A stretch of DNA of 64,000 bases from Eledone cirrhosa (taxonomy: Eukaryota): assembly GCA_964016885.1 (NCBI GenBank), contig OZ024740.1, forward strand, positions 181,660,001-181,724,000, written 5' to 3'. This document shows positions 12,057-25,134 of the stretch, in pieces. Positions within the stretch are counted from its first letter, which is position 1. Every line of letters begins with the position of its first letter. The translations under genes were made by a program, and so were the position numbers. Under the pieces are notes generated by a model. It searched no databases. It was not told where the DNA came from and saw only the letters and a list, made by a program, of their open reading frames with translations.

Positions 12057-12154
12057 ATATATGTACATATATATATATAACACATATATAAACATATATA
12101 TATATACATTTGAGTTGCGAAATTTTTTATATGAAATCGTGTGTCGAAAAAATA

Positions 12155-12435
12155 TGTGTCAGGTCATCAGTTGGTGCTACTGGTAACATGTATCCCAGTA
12201 CAACCTGTCCCATGGTCGGGTCGTTGGCGACTAAACTGGCAACTCCACCAACGTTTCTTGATGAGGAGGGTGACTTTGGACATCCTGCAGGACTAAAAAC
12301 AAAACCTGTCAAAGGGCAAAGGAGCTCTTAAGAGTCAATGGCCATCTAAAATCACTGGGAGAGATGACCCCTTAGCCTTTGTCAAGGCAGAATTCTAGGA
12401 GAAGGAAAACTCTGATATAACACCTGCAACCCTGA
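12155..12435 (+). repeat. Probable RTE 5' UTR-like repeat fragment
   Basis: GC-richer block ending in ctaggagaaggaaaactctga, a motif I recall from RTE 5' regions; not verified. Confidence 0.35.
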
Positions 12436-12904
12436 TGGTATCCAATGATGTTGACTTGTTCTTCTTTTTGGTAAATATCATCTTGGTTAAGAGAGTGGGA
12501 CTGGCTTTGTGCAGTGCCTTTGCTCACTATAAAAGCTTCACGGCACAGGCATTGCTTTATATCTGGAGATCTCTCTGCACTTGTCATCACATGGTACCAT
12601 GGGCCCAGCACTATGTGTCAATAATTGTCACAAGTGTAGTGTTTGTACCAGAGTTTTCAAGTCGCTGGCTGGACTAAAAAGTCACACTCGTTCAGCGCAT
12701 CGGTAGGGGTTCTCCTACATGGATATAAAGTAGTGGCCGTACTCGAAAACGAGTTGGCAGCCACCATATATATATATATACAAATCAATAACTTAGGCAT
12801 CATTATTACTACAGTTGCCATTAATAATAATAAGGATAATAATAAATAAATATATGAAATGTTTATTATCAACATCATTATTGTTTAATTCATTATTATT
12901 ATAC

Positions 12905-13125
12905 CCGCGAGGTTAACGTTGCCTTTCATCCTTACGAGATCGATCAAATAAAGTACCAGGGCAGCAATTAACCAGTACATTACTGGTACTTTATTTTATC
13001 AACCCCGTAAGGATGAAAGGCAAAGTTAACCTCGGCGAGATTTGAACACAGAATGGCAAGGGCCGTAACTCTATGCGTCAAAGCATGGTTTCCGAAACTC
13101 TACCGATACTGCCAATCCACCGTCC
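12905..13125 (-). mobile_element. SINE family A (minus, ~12972-13125) tail-to-tail with a partial plus-strand copy
   Basis: ctggtactttattttatcaaccccgtaaggatgaaaggcaaagttaacctcggcg is the reverse complement of the family core. Confidence 0.8.
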
Positions 13126-13490
13126 TAAAAAGAACTAATAATAATATTAATAATAATAATAATCATGTTTGTGTTCTTTTTAATTCATATTTGTTCGTAT
13201 ATTTTCATCATAAACAATGATTTCTGTTTTTTTACAAAATAGATCATTAATTCAGGAGAGATTGATTTCTATTTTAGTTTGAGAGTTTTGTTATGCAGAT
13301 CATTTGCTTCATATCAAATGACAATTTATTTCACTGATTGATCGATTGACTAATTGATTCTTGTTTTATCTATGCAACATCAACCATCATGCAAGAAACA
13401 ATCACGCTCACACACATATACATATATATATATATACACACACACACGTATACACACATTAATATATATATTATAATCGTCATCATTATA

Positions 13491-14373
13491 CGAGGTGTGT
13501 CAGAAAAGTTCCAGGACTGATGACACAAAAGATTTATTTCAAACCCAAACTTCACACTAAGAGTTTTCTCCTTCGAAGTAATCCCCCTGGAGTATGTAAA
13601 TGTAATCTTAGCTCTCTGCAGCGATCAAACTTTTTTCTTCATAATTTTATATACATGTACTCTGTTTCATGTCGTCAAGCAATGAGCACAGATCAACGAA
13701 CAAACTTGAAGTTTCTGGTACGGTTGAGGAAAACTCCGCTGCAGCAAGTGTATGGTGATGAGACGATGTCACGCTCACATGTTTTTCAGTGGTGGAAGAG
13801 GTTTAAAGAAGAACGCGAGGGCGTGGAAGATAACCCCAGGAGTGGAAGGCCCTCAACAACCAGGACTGAGATCAACGTTGAGCGCATCAGGCAGATGGTG
13901 CGTAGCGATCATCGGCTGACTGTTCGACTGATGGCAAATGAGCTGGGCATGAATCGGGACAGCGTCTGGAAGATTCTCACTGAAGATTTGGACATGCGGA
14001 AAGTCTGCGCGAAGATGGTGCCAAAACTACTGAACGATGACCAGAAGGGTCGACGCAGGCAAGTGTGCCAGGACATCCTCGAGCGTCATGAAACTGAACC
14101 AGACTTGCTAGGGACAGTCATCATTGGATCTTCAAGTACGACCCGGAGGGGACCAGTTTTGAAGACGTGGACGACATCAAAAAGACTGTGACGACGGAAC
14201 TGCGGAGGATCCCGGAAGAATCCTTCCAGGAGTGCATGCAAGCGTGGCAGAAACGAATGGAAAAGTGCATTAGACACCGGGGGATTACATTGAAGGAGAA
14301 AACTCTTGGTGTGAAGTTTGGGTTTGAAATAAATCTTTTGTGACATCAGTCCTGGAACTTTTCTGACACACCT

Positions 14374-14375
<2 letters not shown>
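13491..14375 (+). mobile_element. Tc1/mariner DNA transposon with internal deletion of most of the catalytic domain
   Basis: ~95-bp TIRs (cgaggtgtgtcagaaaagttccaggactgatg...), TA on both sides. ORF 13520-14191 has mariner HTH motifs (VYGDETMSRSHVFQWWKRFKE, DNPRSGRPST, RKVCAKMVPKLL). The C-terminus (WQKRMEKCIRHRGDYIEG) is in another frame. Confidence 0.93.
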
Positions 14376-14431
<56 letters not shown>

Positions 14432-14458
14432 TATACAGTACAAGAAAGAACTACCGTA

Positions 14459-14682
14459 ATGTATGCTTGATACAGTTGATTGCTACCTTAGGTTTCAAAA
14501 CATGTCCTTGTATTAGGCATAACATTCATAAAGGTCTACTTGAAATGCTTTTCAGCATGTAGATAAAAGGGTTAATATCCTTCATGAAAAGCACTCCCAA
14601 ATAATCTGCAATAAATGTTTGTGGCAAATGCAGGGGCATATTTTGAAATCCATGGTAGCAATCAATAGCATCGAGCAGACAT
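14459..14682. repeat. Old imperfect palindrome, MITE-like
   Basis: atgtatgcttgatacagttgattgctacc pairs with ggtagcaatcaatagcatcgagcagacat; pairing continues imperfectly inward. Confidence 0.55.
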
Positions 14683-14825
14683 CAAATGTATTTCAGCTCT
14701 AGATATAAGAAAGTGCTATTTTTCCTACATCCTTTATACAGAAACACTTGACACTGCATATGTGTGTGTATGTATATGTATATATACATATATATATATA
14801 AATATATATATATACATAATGTAGA

Positions 14826-15040
14826 AGCGCGTGGCTGAGTGGTTAGAGAATTGGATTCACAATCTTGAGGTTGTGAGATTGATTCCTGGACCAGGCGATG
14901 CATTATGTCCTTGAACAAGACACTTTATTTCACGTTGCTCCTTCTACCTGGAGTTACATTCGATAGATAGCACTAGCAACTGGAAAGACCGGCGAAAACA
15001 TTGTTTCCTCGATCCGATTTTACGAAAGTCGATCGATACA
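14826..15040 (+). mobile_element. tRNA-derived SINE, family B (others at 24870-25080, 57467-57600)
   Basis: A box tggctgagtgg, B-box-like gagattgattcc, then tgtccttgaacaagacactttattt. Confidence 0.8.
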
Positions 15041-15387
15041 TTATTTATTTCTGTTCATACATGGAAGAAAGTCGCTACCCTTGGTTTAAAGGTCAAAATT
15101 TGACCATAAGGTCAGAAAAAAGAGGCATCAAAATAGTGACCTTTCTCCAGACACTAATACAATTTATAAGATACCGTTAAAATTAAATTTTGCTAAGAAT
15201 TCATGTTTGCTAAAGAGAACGTAATAAAACAAAGGGAAATGATTCCGAGATATAAATTTGAATGTGTTAGATTATATAATCAAATAAATCTCTCTTCAAT
15301 GTTCTCACTCCTAGCCTGTTTTTGCTAATATAATAATTCATATTATATATGTATATATATATTATATATATATATATATATATGTAT

Positions 15388-15897
15388 GTCTTCCAGTGTG
15401 TCTCTGTAGGGGCTCCCACGGGTGCACTGAGTGCAATGTCAACTCTGGATATCGGTGAGCATGTCCAGCTAACCTTAGTCTCCTCTGTGTCACTTTTGAG
15501 CTGACTTTTGGGAGGCTCCCATACAGCTCTGAGTTTTTCATCCTCAGTGTATACTGATTAATGTTCAGACCCATCCTCAGCATTCTCGTGTAGCACCCAA
15601 CACCATCTGAGTGAGTTTCTTGGTCAGTGTCCAAGTCTCAGACCCGTACAGCAGCGCAGACTCCACTACAGCAATGAAGAAGTGGATTTTCAGGTCTTTA
15701 CGATCTCAAGCTGTGGCACGCCGCCCAGGCTTTGCTCTTCCTCTCAACCACATCATCAAGGTTAATGTATGTTCATGGCCGAAGGACAGACACTAGTCTG
15801 TTGGAGACGTAGGACATGGCAGCGATAATGAGGGACAGAGACCGCTGGAGTGAAACGTCCATGGATCTCGGGAATTTTACCTGCCCTAGAATAGAAT
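15388..15897. mobile_element. 5'-truncated, internally inverted copy of the RTE at 6702-9836
   Basis: 15388-15757 matches ~6843-7232 in the same orientation (with a small internal deletion); 15757-15890 matches the reverse complement of 6702-6835. Confidence 0.9.
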
Positions 15898-16190
15898 ATA
15901 TGTATGTACTTGCAAGCTTACACATACATGTTTAGTCATTATATATCTATATACATACAAGCAGCAGTATATACTCATCTATATCTACTTATGTTTTCAT
16001 GCGCACACATATAATTCCCCAACTAAAGAAACAAGATCACACACATAAAACAAAATAATGTATGTAAAGTTGTTGGGAAAATGAATTTAAAATATATGTT
16101 TCTTCTCAAAGGAAGATGAAAAAAATATAAATGTTCGTACAATATATATAGCCAAGAGAACGAACTTTAAAGCATGGAGAATTTAAAATT

Positions 16191-16442
16191 AATGTAGAAG
16201 GCGATGTGCTCATGCACATAGATGATATAACATAGCTTACAAAAGAAGGTGAAGATGTTTAAAAGAGAAAAAGAAGTTGCCATTGACTGCTATGGGGAAT
16301 TAAACCTCCGATTTCTGGGAGACATGAGGTTCAATACCTGATAGAAGCCAATGGCAAGTTCTTGTCCATCTTTTAAGTCTATTCACCTATTGTATAAGCT
16401 ATTTATAGCATCTCTGCACATGATAACATCACGCATTACATT
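16191..16442. repeat. Old imperfect palindrome, possibly head-to-head tRNA-SINE halves
   Basis: catagcttacaa..aggtgaa pairs with ttcacct..ttgtataagctat; ttgccattg with caatggcaa. B-box-like gaggttcaatacc in the right arm. Confidence 0.5.
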
Positions 16443-17639
16443 TTCATATAAAACACAGTGGACTTATGAGTCACCTAGCTTACATTTTATCACCAGATAT
16501 CCAATGTCTCCAGAAATATTCGCTACATGAGTGTGTTATATCTGACATTATCTTTCCAGGTGGAAAATGAAAGATGAAAGACATATTCTCATAATTCTTA
16601 GATGTCAAGATATGAACACGACTGAAGCATTTGTAAGAATTTGTTTACTAAATAAATCTGTAATAATAAAGTTCTTCCTATAAATACATTATCAGTGAAT
16701 TATCTTCTTGTTGATTTTTCTATTATTTCTTTTAACATTAGAGAAACAACACATTTTTTAGAAAAGGAAGACAAACAGAATATATGTGTTCCTTTTCACT
16801 AAATACAAATATATTATGTCGAAGGCTAAGATACTTATCTCTCAACAGCACGATTTGTTTGCATATACAAAAACTCTAAAGTATATCTCCCTATAAGCAA
16901 AAGCAGTTTTGAATAACTGACACTTATTTATATGTTATTCAGGAGAGAGGGCACAATGCCCATGACTTATTCAGTTCCACCAAAAATGATAAACAGGATG
17001 TAGATAATGACCAGCTCTAATAATAGCATACCTAAGTTCGAAGGGAACTAAATGTCTGTTCCAAATGTTTGCACCCGTATGAACTTGTCTCAAGGCACCC
17101 AATGCCAATGTAATGATTTACAACTATGTGGTGTTTGTGGCCAACCACACAGTCTTGAATTTAATTCCTGTTAAGAAAACTCTGGAATTATATTAATATG
17201 GTAATTGAGTTTGAGTACTGACCTAAAAATATAATAATTTCCTTACAGCAGTCAAAACTATGCAGCTTGAGATAATGCAGGGTCAAGAAAATTACATTTA
17301 GGATTTTCTTCCCTTTTACAAAGTATTTCATCACTAGTGCATTTTCTTGCCAACAACATTGAATAGTGTTCTCTGCTGAGCAGGGGTGCGAGGAGAGGAA
17401 AAGAGAAATAATCATGAAGTTATGGATTTGTAGTGAAGTGTAGTCACTAGTATGGAGGAAGCAATTTTGTGATGAAGAGAGCATCTAAGACATAGAAATG
17501 GAGGAGACATGTGTTGAGTGGGCTGCACAAGGTTCAAGGGAGCAGCTACTATGGTGTATTAGTGAGGATATCTAAAGACTTTGGAGGATGAAGAGGAGAA
17601 TAGCTGGGAGGCATGGATGGTGTGGAGTGGGGGTTCCTG

Positions 17640-18100
17640 TGATTGGTCAAATTACATTAATGCTGGTGCCCAGGTCTTCCCCAGCACAGCATAGCATCAC
17701 AGCATAGCATCACAGTCCTTTGTCATTTTTGTTCTAAGCTTTAGCTTCTTAACGCCAGTATTCACTGCATTGTCCCAAGTCTGTCTCTTCTACAGGTCTA
17801 AGCCACTAGGATTTCTCTGCATGTTTTTATGCTGCTGCCATCTTCCATACATTTCACATGTTCATACCAACAGTATTCTTTCATGCGTTCTAACTCTAAT
17901 TCTTCTTATGCCAAATATTTATCTCAGTTTGCTCATACTATATATCATTCATCTTCATTAGCATTACTCATGTATTGGAGCATACTCAATTCATATTTTT
18001 CAAGTCTTCACAGGTCTTCTGCTGTCGAGGTCCATGTTTCACTGCCATGTGGCATTGCAATTTGCATGCAGTCAGCATATGGTCTATCCTTCACAAGTGC
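17640..18100 (-). mobile_element. Decayed RTE LINE 3' fragment
   Basis: Minus strand shows gcaatgccacatggcagtgaaacatgg (HGSETW) remnants homologous to 41450-41800. Confidence 0.7.
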
Positions 18101-19699
18101 ATAAATATATGTTGATAGCTATTTATGAAGCAGATGTATGGTCAACATATTGAATGAACATTTCTTGAATGTCTTTCAAAAGATAGTAATTCAGTTTTTA
18201 TTTCAGATAAAGTGTTACTGTGACTATATTTTCCAATGACTCCATTTTAAAGCCAGTAGAATACATAGAGCATCAGTGAGAGATTTGACTCATATTACCA
18301 TTAGGTCATATAACCATGTAAGATCTCCACTGTTGTCTGTTATTTGAGAAGAGATCACTAAGAAAGAAGTTGTTAAGCAGGTAATTAACGTTATAGTGTT
18401 ATATGTAAATCGTTATGTGTGTAAAGGCAAATATGTTTGTTGAACTTTGTAGTTGGATAAACGTGGATAATTTGTTGTAAATATCAGCATATTTGCTTGG
18501 AGTGATGGTCTTTGTATATTAGATGCTGCTACTAATCCCAACAATTTGAATGCAGAAGCAAAGCAAATGAAAAGAGATAGATTGAAAAAAGTGGGAAGAA
18601 CAAAAATGTGGTTTCAAAGAATTATGTTTATTTGCTATGCGTTTGGTTAAATTTGTCTTGGAATCTTTAATGGCCTGCTAGGATATATTAGAGTATTATA
18701 GATAGAAACAATTACAAGAAATAGAAATATGTAGATAATACCTTGCAGTTGTGGATTGGTTCATTCTTTCCAAGAACATCTATGCTGTTTCTTGAAAACC
18801 AATTTTGACGTTATTGGTTTCTAAGCCTTGGGTGATGTAACATGTGAATAAAGGAAAGGCTGCAAAATACAAGATTATTATGTTTCACTGTTTTCAAAAA
18901 TATATGTTAGTGAATAACATAAAATCATAATAATAAACATGATCTATTTCTTGCCAGGGCTAAAATAAAATTTTGAAACCAATGATGTTTTGTTCAATTT
19001 TTATATTTTTCTTTAGCTAAAATGTGTTAATCGAAACTTCTCGTCTTAATTTACTTGTTATACAATAACCTTCTGTAAGTTCAGGTAAAAACAGGGGTAA
19101 CTAGATATATATATATAGGTGCTATAATTTGACAGATAGCTCTGAATGAAGCAAATATAAATGAAAACAGAACCTACTTGAAGAATAATTATTGTTTTGG
19201 ATAATTTCCAGGAAGACAAATTCTAACTTAAATCATTGCTTATATATTTTAAACTTGATTAATCTTAGTCTGAAGATTTTCAGTTTTCATGATACAAACT
19301 AAATAACAAAATGTAGGAATTATAAGATTCCAAAATGTATACTAGACAAAAAATATATACATACTTTGATTTTGCATTTGTTTTGCAAGATTTCTTATCT
19401 GAAAACGTGTGATGAAACAGATTTTGTTATAATTTGGGAGTGTCATACAGCCATTAAAAACACACGCACCTATTGGTTTTCAATTCAATTTATTATAAAC
19501 TCCTGGATGGTTGTTTAGTTGTTGATTGTCAAATCTCTTTCGTCACACATTATGTGAGCTTCTCAGGGACAACCTTTGTAATTTTCTGTCTCTCCTTTGT
19601 TCTGTCCTACACCATCTTGTTTTTGTAAGATGTGAGACACATAGTTTGGATATCTGTCTGATGGGAGCACCTCACATATCTTCTTTTTAGTGAGACAAC

Positions 19700-20790
19700 T
19701 ATATTAGATTTTAACAAAGTGTAAGCCCCTAGATCTACATTTTGTTTATATTTTGGTTATATGTTTGACAAAGTAGCATGACATGGTCCTTAAAAAATTG
19801 GGTGTATATGAGTGGCTTCCTAGAGCAGTGTAAATTATGTATGGTGGTGATGTCAGTAAAGAGAGAGTAAGTACTAAGTTTAGTGAGGAATTCAATGTTC
19901 ATGAGGGGTTTCATCAAGATTTATTTCAGGACATAATAGAGTAGTTTAAGGTTCTTATCTATAGGGACATCTGCATGCTGATGATTGTTTCTTAGAAATC
20001 AATCCGTGGAAGAGCTTAAGAGGAAATTTTTGTTGTGGAAAGATAACCTAAAATAAAAAGGGCTTTGCATAAACTTAATTTTTTTTTAATTAGAAAGAGG
20101 ACAAACTAGACGCATGTAGGAACACTGTACCATTCACACAAACTTTAATATGTAAAACTTGGGTAGACAATAGGTGCAATGGAAGTTACCATAGAAATAG
20201 CTGATAGTTTCTATTTCTTAGGTGACTTAATTATTAGTGCAGGCTATCTATCTGAATGCAGAGTAGCTTGAATAAAAATTGGCTGAAAAACGTTTATGGG
20301 CCTACTTCTTCTGTTGTCAAGTAAAAAGTTTATTCATAAGCAAACAATTTAAAGTATGATGCCTGTATAAGAAATGTTATGTTGCACAACAGTGAGAATG
20401 GTAACTGGACAGATATGAAGGAAGACTATTCCATTGGTTTTTAATATTAAGTTGTATAAACAATGTAGAATAGATTAACTGAGACCAAAACTGGGTATAA
20501 GAGGAATCAGATGTTGCATGCAAGAGAGAAGACTGCACTGGTATGAACATGTGACACATAGGGATAATGAACACTCAGGGAAGAGATACAAAGGAATGCC
20601 AATGAAATGAAGCTACAGTAGAGAAAATCTGCAAACAACCTATGCAGATAGCATTAGAGCTGATCATCAAATGTTAGATCATCTCAGAAGGTGATGAAGG
20701 AATGCTATGATTGGACAGATTCTATACTGGAATGGACACTTCTAACCATGCAAGCATTGAACAATGGACTTCATATGATTATTATTATTA
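19700..20790 (+). mobile_element. Highly decayed RTE LINE fragment
   Basis: Patchy similarity to 40600-41850 (ADD codons at ~19977, gatagtttctatttcttaggtgac, ataagaggaatcagatgttg). Confidence 0.65.
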
Positions 20791-21269
20791 TTATTCACAT
20801 TTCACATGGTCAATGAAATAAAGTACCAGTAATGCACTGGAGTCGATTTAATCAACTTTCCCCTCCCTCAAATTGTTGTCCTTGAACCTAAATCAAAAAC
20901 TATTATTATTAGTAGTATTTCTATTATCATATATGTCTGAGTCTGCGTGTTACAAATTTCAAATTATTTCATTCCAACAATCCTTATTCATGTTTTGGAA
21001 CAAAGACAAGAAAAAATTTCTAATAAATATTTGGACACCTGCATGGATTTAGAAGAGAAATATAGTTGTCAGATTAATGAATGGTAGCAAAACATTGTTA
21101 TTCTTACAAATTGTGACTATCCATACAAGTGGAGTGAAATTACATAGAACATAATAATTCAATATGAAGAATGAGTAAATTTGAATGTAAAGCTGTAGTG
21201 TGGGTTGTGGTCAAAACTGATTCACTAATTTGGGTAAAAGAAAATATATAGATTCCGTGTAAGAGGTAG

Positions 21270-21620
21270 AATTATGTTCATTATCATCATCATTGCGACG
21301 ACTGTCAAACATTTCTGACAGAATCTCCATAATTCACAATTTTCTATTGCCCCTGGCAACTGCTCCATCTGAGAGTTGATCGATGAAGATTTGAGCAAGT
21401 CTTCCTCTATTACATCTCCTGTGAGTTGGTTCCCCCAAAAGTAGCTCATTTCTCCAGCAATGTCCTGCAAATAGTAACTGTCTTTCAGCAATCGTATTTG
21501 TTATCTTGGGCAAGTTTCATTATATACTTTCATGACTAAAACCTACATTACTCAGCATACAGCAGTTAAATGTTAATGGAATTAGGATGTTTAAAACTAA
21601 ATTCATTCAGTTTCCAATCC
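21270..21620 (-). mobile_element. RTE LINE 3' fragment
   Basis: Minus frame LPKITNTIAERQLLFAGHCWRNELLLGEPTHRRCNRGR resembles the C-terminus of the intact ORF; (GAT)n-like tail. Confidence 0.75.
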
Positions 21621-23045
21621 AATTAAATCAAGAGTCTTCGAATTCCTTTTGGAGGAACCCCTATCCCCTAGTCGATCTCCAACACTTTTTGATTGGTTTT
21701 GGTCAAGTCAGAGGTGTAGCCATACTCACCATACTTGGCGTTTTGCAGGTTGGTCAGGCTATTTAACCCATAGTTGAGGAGTTAAAACGTTTAGTCATGT
21801 GTTAACATTTGACAAAGTTGTTAGAATGTCCAAGGGACTTAGTTAGTGAATTAATGGGATATGTGATAATGTTTTTAGAATATAAAATGTCAAATGTGTC
21901 TGGACATGATAATGTATCATATGTTTGAGGTGTTTGTAAACAAATTAGGTATGATCAATAAGAATAGTGTATAATGATTCGATTAAAATGAATTAGATTT
22001 AGTTAAAAACCAGGTAAAAGATACAAGGAAATGTTATAGATTATTAATTATAGCAATAAATAGAAAATGTAAAATCTACATCTATCATGATTAATTCTAA
22101 GTTATGAAATAAATTAGAGGGGTGATTAAGAGAAATAATTAGTAGAATTAAAGAAGGATGGGAGTAATTATAGATGAACAGTGTCAGGAAATTTAAATAT
22201 AGGTTTGAAATAGAAAATGAAAAACTTTGAATTATAGATGATGATAAAACAATAAAAATGTTTAATTGTGAAATAGTTGGTTATATAATTAAATGAATAA
22301 ATAAATAAGTAAATTTATACGAAAATGTATAAAGGAATAGAACGAAATATATAAAAATAATGAAAATATATGCGATAATGAGGATAAAGTTGTTGATTAA
22401 AATTAAAAGGGTAGAAAGGTGAACAACTATGAGAAAGAATAAAATAAATTGGGGTTTGTTGAGGAAGAAAATGCATACAAAAGCATATAAATTATCAAGT
22501 GAATTAGAATATCAATAAAATGGGAGCTAATTATTATGCTGAAAGCAACCTTAAAAACTAGTATTTACTATACAACATCAAAAACAAATTCCCAGATATT
22601 GCTGATAGCTTACATTAATATTATACATAATTTTCTCTGAATACTATACTCATCTAACTAGAAATGAGTTAGCAAACATTTACATGTTTTCTTCAAGAAT
22701 GTTCGATGTCTGAACACAATAGAATGCAAGCTAACCAATTCTAACTTGTTGCATATCACTTTGAATGTGTTATATTCCTTGTTCTATCGTTACCATAAAT
22801 CAACTGAAACATTGAAGAACAAACAGAATCATTCCAATAATGCTTTATCAAAAGAATCCATTTTTGTTTGTCTCTTTGAGTCTAATTTTGTAAGTTATTT
22901 TTAGCAACTGATTGTTGTTGCAGTTGGGTTTTGTCTGAACTACCTACATCTTTTATGTAATTATACAGAAACATATATTAAAGATTGAACACTTAATACG
23001 TTTCTCCTGACCACTCTTCCTCTTTTTCATGGTACCATACATATG

Positions 23046-23109
<64 letters not shown>

Positions 23110-23649
23110 TGTGTGTGTGTTAGTGTATGTGTGTATCATGCTTTCATTGGTTGGATCATATATATATATATATATACTCCATTTCCATTGAATGATTAGA
23201 TCAATAGGTAGCTAGGTTTGTGCTCCATTCATTCCGATTGGCAGACTATGATACAATAAGCGAAAACACTTGGTGTTGTGCATATCTTCCACCATAGATG
23301 TGATATCTCATGGTTGGTACATAAAAAGAGTTAAATACTTTAATGGAAATACAAGAAAGCTGTATTACAATATCTTGTTTTAGCGTTCCACAATTACATA
23401 ATACGTATTTCTGTGGCGAGCTTTTGTCATCAGTTCATGATGAAAGAGAATCACCAACATCATCAGATGTAATGAACATAAACATTTAGTTCAGTAATCC
23501 TTACTGTGTTACAGCAAAATATAAACAAAGAATTGATACAAGGGCACTCTGGCCAGCAATGCCTTTACTATGAAGGAATGTTTCTGTACACACACACACA
23601 CACATGTTTGTGTGTGTGTCTACATATATATATATATATATATATATGT

Positions 23650-24868
23650 ATCATCAACATCCTCATTATCATTTTACATCTGCTGTTTCATGCTTGCATG
23701 GGTTGGCCCAGTCTTTTTTCAGCACAGCATCTCTTTACTTGTTGCATTCCTTCAGAATTCCCTTTGTTACATTCAGTGATTTGAGATCAGTTTTCACCAC
23801 TTTTTTTCCAAGTCTTCCTCTACTCTGGCTTCCTTCCACTAGCATCTCTTGATATTTTTTCCCCCAGTAATCATCAGCCATGCACGTCATATGTCTCTAC
23901 CAGTGTAGTTTTCTCTCTTGCACACCACATCTGATTCCTCTTATACCCAGTTTCACTCTCAGTTCATCAATGCTTTGTAAGTCATGCACATCCAGCAAAG
24001 CATACTTGCTTCATTTCTCTACAGCTTTCATATATCCTCTGCATTCACTACCCATGTCTCACTATTATGCAACATCACACTTCATACACAGGTGTCACAG
24101 AGATATCGTTTTGCTCATAGGGAGAAAGGAAGTTTGTCAACAGAGATTGTCACTCCCTAAACTTCTTTCATTCTGTTGGTATTCTAGGTACTACACTCTC
24201 AGAGCACCCTCCTTTACTGTTAATTATATCACCTAATTAGAAGAAGCTATCAACCACTTTTATGGATCCATCCTGGGATTGTAAAATGTTTATATCACTG
24301 GAGCTATTACTGTCAATTAATAACAAATATATACTACATACAAAGTTTACCTTTCTTGTTAGACTTCTTGTTATCCACTGTACCTCTTGTGTACCCAAGA
24401 TTTATATTGTGTATATTATTACCTTTCCTATGTATCAACCACAACCACTTTCCCAATGAGGTCAAGGCCCTATTTTCTTTACTAATTTTTAACATATTGG
24501 TTTTTTACAAATTTATTCTTAGCCCATTTGATTCCAAGTTCTGTTTCTATAGCTGCAATATATTTTCTAGTTCTTCCATAGGTTCAGCTTTGAGAAACAG
24601 ATCATCAGCCTACTGAAGTTTTCATGGATAGCCAGACTTAAACCCCTCTGTTATGGACTGTAGGATTATAAATATCATAAGTAGGATGAAAACTGAACTA
24701 TGATGCATTACTTCCCATATATTGAATTCCTCACATCCTACCCTTACATTACTGACAATTCATTTGTCCATAATTACATGACTCTCACAAGGCACTCATC
24801 TACATTGCATTTCCTTAAGAACCACCAGACGACAGATCGAGATGTTCTGTGAGAGGCTTTCTCAACAT
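23650..24868 (-). mobile_element. Decayed RTE LINE fragment
   Basis: Reverse-complement similarity to 40620-41850; 3' tail at ~23650-23700. Confidence 0.75.
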
Positions 24869-24869
24869 C

Positions 24870-25077
24870 AACGCATGGCTGAGTAGTTAGAGAATTGGAT
24901 TCGCAATCATGAGGTTGCGAGTTTGATTCCTGGACCAGGTGATGCATTATGTACTTGAGCAAGACACTTTATTTGACGTTGCTCCTTCTACCTGGAGTTG
25001 CAACCAATGGATAGTATAGCAATTGGAAAGACCAATGGAAACATTGTTTCCTCGGTCCTGATTGATGGAAGTCGATC

Positions 25078-25080
<3 letters not shown>
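24870..25080 (+). mobile_element. SINE family B
   Basis: Co-linear with 14826-15040 over its length. Confidence 0.8.
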
Positions 25081-25113
<33 letters not shown>

Positions 25114-25134
25114 ATATATATATATATATATATA

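Noticed and set aside
16560-16631. Possible plus-strand exon (tttccag...gtaag); also minus candidates at ~18742-18859, ~52695-52748 and 56586-56599
   Set aside because: Splice-like signals only; no recognisable protein or consistent exon chain, and 18742-18859 has stops in all frames. A host intron or lncRNA cannot be excluded without RNA-seq.
23395-23440. Minus-strand CTGATGA...GAAA tacgta motif
   Set aside because: Stems I and II do not pair.
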